This document shows positions 60,018-64,000 of a stretch of DNA of 64,000 nt, piece after piece. The stretch covers positions 1,223,588 through 1,287,587 of the forward strand of contig OZ244812.1 in the NCBI GenBank assembly GCA_965220205.1, read 5' to 3'. The first letter of the stretch is position 1. Each line of letters starts with the position of its first letter. The position numbers were made by a program, and so were the translations under genes. The notes beneath the pieces were generated by a model, which had not been told where the DNA came from, ran no database searches, and was given only the letters and a program-made list of their open reading frames with translations. The stretch comes from Dehalococcoidia bacterium. Its GTDB lineage: Bacteria; Chloroflexota; Dehalococcoidia; Lucifugimonadales; Australimonadaceae.

Positions 60018-60092
60018 ACGCGCCTCCCGGGCCGCCTCTGCCTCGCACGGTAGCATGGCCCAGCGCCGCGGGCAACGCGGGCGTGCGCCGCT

Positions 60093-60600
60093 CTAGGTGT
60101 AGTTCCAGAGAGGTTGTTGGCGATTGGGCGTCCCCTTTCTCATGCTTGGCCGACGAATGGACGGGCAGCTGGGGTTGTAGACAAGAGCGGCGAGGTCCGC
60201 CGACGCAACGCGAGGGGGCGTGGATTCCCGTGTCGGGGCACGAGAATGACGGAATTCGGGGCATGGGGATGACGGCAGGTGAGACGGAATTGAACGGAAA
60301 TGGGCCAAAATGGCCGGAAATCGGCCCAAAACGTGAGGTTTTCCACTCGTAAATTGCAGGGTTTACGAGTGGAGGGGTCGAAATAGTGCGACATTCTGCG
60401 ACATTTTGCGACATTTACTCGTAAATCGAGCGGGCGGCCCAGCACGCCAGGCCACGTGGGTTCGAGTGCCTCCCTTCGACGGGCACAGGACAGGCTTCAA
60501 CAGGCATGGTAGGGGTTGGGAGGCGTTGGGGCGAGGGGCGGATGTCGCGGCGGGGCCGGCCTCCCGGCCGTACACAACGCGCCTAGGAAACTACATCTAG
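60093..60600. mobile_element. MITE family B copy with CTAG/CTAG flanks
   Basis: CTAG at 60093-60096 and 60597-60600. Terminal inverted repeats are GTGTAGTTCC and GGAAACTACAT. It carries the core module 60286-60425. The right-hand CTAG contains the stop codon of the minus-strand gene 60597-61556. Confidence 0.85.
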
Positions 60601-61556
60601 GACACGGTCAGCGCGACCTTGCCCTTGACACGGCGCTCTTCGATGCTGCGGTGCGCCTGCGCGGCCTCCGCCAACGGGTAGGCGCGCTCCACCGTGGGCC
60701 GCAGCGTCCCGTCCGCGAAGAGGCCGAGGATGTCTTCGAACTGTGTGCGGGACGCGCCGGTCCCGCCTGAACCCCTGAAGGTGAGCCGCTGGCCAAAGAG
60801 CCGCGCCAGATTGAGCGTGACCTCGCGGCCAGCGGCGGCGCCGTACATGGCGATGCGGCCGTTGGGCGCGATGCATTCGAGCGATTGCACGAAGATGTCG
60901 CCTCCGACGCCGTCGATGACGGCGTCGACGCCCTTCCCGTCCGTCAGATCCCTGACGCGCCGCGGATAGTCGGCGACGCTGTAGTTCACCCCATGGTCCG
61001 CGCCCTGGTCAGCGGCCCAAGCGAGCTTCTCGTCGCTTCCCGCTGTGCCGATGACGGTCGCGCCAAGGTGCTTGGCGATCTGCACCGCCGCGACGCCGAC
61101 GCCGCCGGCTGCGCCTTGGACCAGCACCGTCTCGCCCGGCTGCACGCCGGCCTTGTTGACGACGGCGTCCCACGCCGTCGTGTAGGTGATGACCACCGTC
61201 GACGCGTCGATGTCGCTCAGCCCCTCGGGGAGCTTGAATGCGTTCTGCTCCGGCGCGGCCACGTACTGCGCGTAGGAATAGGGGGGATCGCGCACGACCA
61301 CGTGGTCGCCGACCGATAGGCCGGACGCGCCAGCGCCAACTTCGACGACGACGCCGGCGGCCTCCCGGCCCAGCATCGCGGGAAACGCGAATCCCGGCCC
61401 CGACGCCCTCCCGGCGCGCCTCGAGATGTCCGCGGGGTTGACGCCGGAGCTCGCGACGCGGACCAGCACCTCGCCGTCTTTCGGCCGCGGGTCAGGCACG
61501 TCGTCGAGGGAGAGCACCTCGGGGCCGCCAAACTCATGGAACCGAATCGCCTTCAT
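60597..61556 (-). CDS. NADPH:quinone oxidoreductase (zinc-type ADH family)
   Basis: MKAIRFHEFGGPEVL N-terminus and GAAGGVGVAAVQIAK motif. Confidence 0.85.
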   Translation of the reverse strand: MKAIRFHEFGGPEVLSLDDVPDPRPKDGEVLVRVASSGVNPADISRRAGRASGPGFAFPAMLGREAAGVVVEVGAGASGLSVGDHVVVRDPPYSYAQYVAAPEQNAFKLPEGLSDIDASTVVITYTTAWDAVVNKAGVQPGETVLVQGAAGGVGVAAVQIAKHLGATVIGTAGSDEKLAWAADQGADHGVNYSVADYPRRVRDLTDGKGVDAVIDGVGGDIFVQSLECIAPNGRIAMYGAAAGREVTLNLARLFGQRLTFRGSGGTGASRTQFEDILGLFADGTLRPTVERAYPLAEAAQAHRSIEERRVKGKVALTVS

Positions 61557-61582
61557 CTACTACTCCTGACAGAACGGCCGGG

Positions 61583-62830
61583 CTACAGCCCCTGGGGCAG
61601 GCTCGCCTTCCAGTCGGCGCCCCTGGGCTGGAAGTTGGTGATCATGTAGCAGTAGTCGTGCACCTGGTTCTCCTCGTCGGTGTACGCGACGCCGGGGGGT
61701 TCGATGCCTTCCTGCAGATCGCGGGCGGCCTGGAGCAGGAACCGGCGCACCTCGATGACGTGAAGGTCGCTCGCGGCGAGGTTCTCCTGTGTGCGGTCGG
61801 TGATGGCGCCCATGCTCTCGGTGACCATCTTGTCCTGGGTGTGGTTGCGCGCGTCCACGCCCGAGTACACCTCTCCCGACTTCTGCTTGGCGCGGTCGAT
61901 CAGGTAGTCGTTGCCCCGGTTGTAGAGACTCATGAAGCCTGGGCCGACCTCTGAGCGGTCGCCCTCTTGGTAGGTCCCGTCCACGGTGTCGTTCCACCAC
62001 GTCTCCAAGTCATACCGCCAGTTGGTGTAGTCGTCGGCCGGCACCTGGTAGATCGTATGCACAGCCGTGTTGAGACCGTCGATGGACTCGCCCCTGGGCG
62101 TGTTCCCCATGCACGGCATGAGGAACGTGTTCGTCCGCACCATCTCCTGGCCGTCGTCCACTGGGTAGATCGTCGCAGCCCTGACGCCCCAGGGCAGTCG
62201 GTCGATCTTGACGGACGCCGTGTTCCTCCTCGCCATGGCCGCGCGGCCTCCGCTCTGACTGGCCCGCCGGTGCAGGTACGGCGTATGGATCGAGTCGTTG
62301 TCGCCTTCCAGCGCCTGGAGCCAGTTGCACTCGAGAAAGACCTTGCTGCCAACGCTAATGTGGTCCTGGGACATCGTGTGCCACGGGAAGGCGGGGAGCA
62401 GCGGCATCAGGGCCGGGGGGCCCATGTAGGTGAGGACCAGGCCGTTCGCTTCCCGGCACGGGTACGCCTTGTGCTTGACGATGTTCTTGAGCTGACTCTG
62501 CTCGGGCTCGGCCGGCATGTCGACGACGTTCCCGTCGGCGTCGTACTTCCAGCCGTGGTAGACACAGGTGAGACCGCACTCCTCGTTCCGTCCGTAGAAG
62601 AGCGACGCCCGGCGGTGGGAGCAGTACTCGCCGAGCAGCCCTACCCTGCCGGTCGTGTCGCGGAAGGCTACGAGGTCTTCGCCCAGCAGCCGGACGCGCA
62701 CAGGCGTGCAGTCGGGCTCGGGCAGCTCCTCTGAGAGCAGGGCGGGAATCCAGTAGCGGCGGAAGAGCTCCCCCATAGGGGTCCCCGCGCCGACACGGGT
62801 CAGAATCTCGTTGTCTTCTTTTGTAAACAC
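61583..62830 (-). CDS. Rieske [2Fe-2S] aromatic-ring-hydroxylating oxygenase alpha subunit
   Basis: CSHRRASL...CVYHGWKY Rieske motif, followed by a catalytic domain with DNDSIHTPYLH. Confidence 0.9.
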   Translation of the reverse strand: MFTKEDNEILTRVGAGTPMGELFRRYWIPALLSEELPEPDCTPVRVRLLGEDLVAFRDTTGRVGLLGEYCSHRRASLFYGRNEECGLTCVYHGWKYDADGNVVDMPAEPEQSQLKNIVKHKAYPCREANGLVLTYMGPPALMPLLPAFPWHTMSQDHISVGSKVFLECNWLQALEGDNDSIHTPYLHRRASQSGGRAAMARRNTASVKIDRLPWGVRAATIYPVDDGQEMVRTNTFLMPCMGNTPRGESIDGLNTAVHTIYQVPADDYTNWRYDLETWWNDTVDGTYQEGDRSEVGPGFMSLYNRGNDYLIDRAKQKSGEVYSGVDARNHTQDKMVTESMGAITDRTQENLAASDLHVIEVRRFLLQAARDLQEGIEPPGVAYTDEENQVHDYCYMITNFQPRGADWKASLPQGL

Positions 62831-62909
62831 GTGTCGCCTCCCTTGCCTAGCTGGCCTCGATCAGACGCCGTGAGTATAGCGCGGCGCGCTGGGTCTGGCT
62901 GTCGCTCCC

Positions 62910-63056
62910 CATGGGGAGCCTCTGAACAAGTCGCTGATGCCCTCAGCAGTGGCGGAAGGGAGAGACCGGGAGCCCCCTCAATCCGTTCGTGGAACCCCCT
63001 TCGACGAGCTCAGGGCGAACGGATGGGGACGGAGTTATTCAGAGGTTCCCCGTAGG
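62910..63056. mobile_element. short MITE family A copy, degenerate ends
   Basis: GGGAGCCTCTGAACA ... TTCAGAGGTTCCCC with an internal G module at 62985-63025. The flanks (CATG/GTAG) do not match each other. Confidence 0.55.
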
Positions 63057-63435
63057 TTGTTCGACAGACGAGGGGCCTCATCCCTGTGTACCCGTGTTTG
63101 GCGCGGGCACGACGACGGGGCAGAGGGGCGTGACGTGAGATTCGGCGGAAACGGACCGGAATGACACGGCGAATCACTCGTAGATTGCATCGGTTTACGA
63201 GTGGCCGGCGAGAGATATTTCTTCCAAGCGGTCTCATTTGGTCTCTTTTGGTCTCATTTCTCCTTCGGGTCGAGCCGGACGCCCGCGTGCCGGGCTGCCG
63301 CGCAGAGTTGGGCCATTGGGGACAGTGTAGGAGGCGAGGGGACGTTCGAGGAAGGGGCGGGTGTCATAGGGGGCGGGGCGAAGTCCCCCTTCTCCGCGGT
63401 GGTAGAAGGCCAGAGGGAAAAGGAGACGGTTGCAC
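63057..63435. repeat. degenerate MITE family B-like body lacking its left terminus
   Basis: It starts at AGGTTGTT, which matches 60111-60118 of the 60 kb copy. It carries the core module 63140-63259 and is bounded on both sides by family A copies. Confidence 0.55.
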
Positions 63436-63651
63436 CTAGGAAACCTCTGAGCAACATGCTGATGCTCTCAGCAGAGCGGAGGTTCCCCCCTCCTCAATCC
63501 TCCCCCCGTAGGGGAGGAGGCCAGAACGGGGAGGAGAGTGAGGACGGGAAGCAGCCAAGTCCGTTCGCGGGACCCCCTTCGAAAGGCTCAGGACAGGCTT
63601 TGACGGGCTCAGGGCGAACGAATGGGGCGGAGCCATTCAGAGGTTCCCTAG
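63436..63651. mobile_element. MITE family A copy with CTAG/CTAG flanks
   Basis: CTAG-GAAACCTCTGAG ... TTCAGAGGTTCC-CTAG. It is colinear with 11354-11559 in the inverse orientation. The right-hand CTAG contains the stop codon of the minus-strand acyl-CoA dehydrogenase gene. Confidence 0.8.
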
Positions 63652-64000
63652 TCTGCGATGGCGTCGATGCCGGTGAGGTGGCGGCCCAAGACGAGCTGGT
63701 GCATGTGCTGGGTGCCCTCGTAGGTGTTGACCGTTTCGAGGTTCATCGCGTGCCGCATGGGCGGGAGGTCGTCGGTGATGCCGGCGGCGCCGAGGAGGTC
63801 GCGGCACGTGCGGGCGACGTCCAGCGCCATCTGCGTGTTGCTGAACTTGGCCATACTCACGTGCGACCAGTGGAGCCTCCCCTCCGCCCGGAGCCGGCCG
63901 AGCTGGTAGGCGAGCAACTGGGCCTTGGAGAGCTCCGCCGCCATGTGGGCCAGCTTCTGCTGGACGAGCTGGAAACCCGCGAGCGGCCTGCCGAACTGGC
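63648..64000 (-). CDS. acyl-CoA dehydrogenase (glutaryl-CoA dehydrogenase-like), C-terminal part; 5' end outside window
   Basis: RHAMNLETVNTYEGTQHMHQLVLGRHLTGIDA C-terminal signature. The frame stays open to the window edge. Confidence 0.85.
   Translation of the reverse strand, partial: QFGRPLAGFQLVQQKLAHMAAELSKAQLLAYQLGRLRAEGRLHWSHVSMAKFSNTQMALDVARTCRDLLGAAGITDDLPPMRHAMNLETVNTYEGTQHMHQLVLGRHLTGIDAIAD

Overview
High-GC bacterial chromosomal segment; hand counts of sample 60-nt lines give about 65% G+C. The YYY/DUF2298 plus TIGR03663-like membrane gene pair, the many amidohydrolase-2 paralogs and the intergenic repeat types suggest a Chloroflexota-like organism (inference only). I call about 50 CDS. 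Housekeeping genes: rnc, ftsY, ligA, pth, cca, ogg-like, dinG-like, ispE, rsmA, galU, lepA, hflK, hflC and a large Alu-domain SRP RNA. Envelope genes: a four-gene membrane/glycan-type cluster at 3031-11357. Catabolic and redox enzymes: four amidohydrolase-2 paralogs (two paired with heme-oxygenase-like/PqqC-like genes), a Rieske oxygenase, two quinone oxidoreductases, an aldo-keto reductase, two MetE-like genes and a dienelactone hydrolase. Transport: an ABC substrate-binding protein plus permease without an ATPase, and two MFS transporters. Accessory content: a lower-GC (53-55% by hand count) methyltransferase plus PD-(D/E)xK island at 12.4-14.5 kb, next to a 75-nt duplicated gene end. Accessory content also includes at least two families of non-autonomous MITE-like elements with 4-nt flanking duplications. 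Most worth a second look: (1) a conserved core carried by one MITE family and found next to a small HTH two-gene cassette. It consists of phased 10-nt repeats, a 10-nt inverted repeat with an 8-9 nt spacer, and three tandem 10-nt repeats whose heads change in concert between copies. This resembles a recombinase or operator site set. (2) An in-frame UGA at the active-site position of a DsbA-like gene, with a SECIS-like hairpin downstream. (3) A seven-repeat FG-GAP-like insertion inside the YYY membrane protein. No CRISPR array, rRNA, tRNA, transposase or recombinase gene was seen. Many long ORFs in the track are antisense or off-frame shadows typical of high-GC DNA and are not reported.
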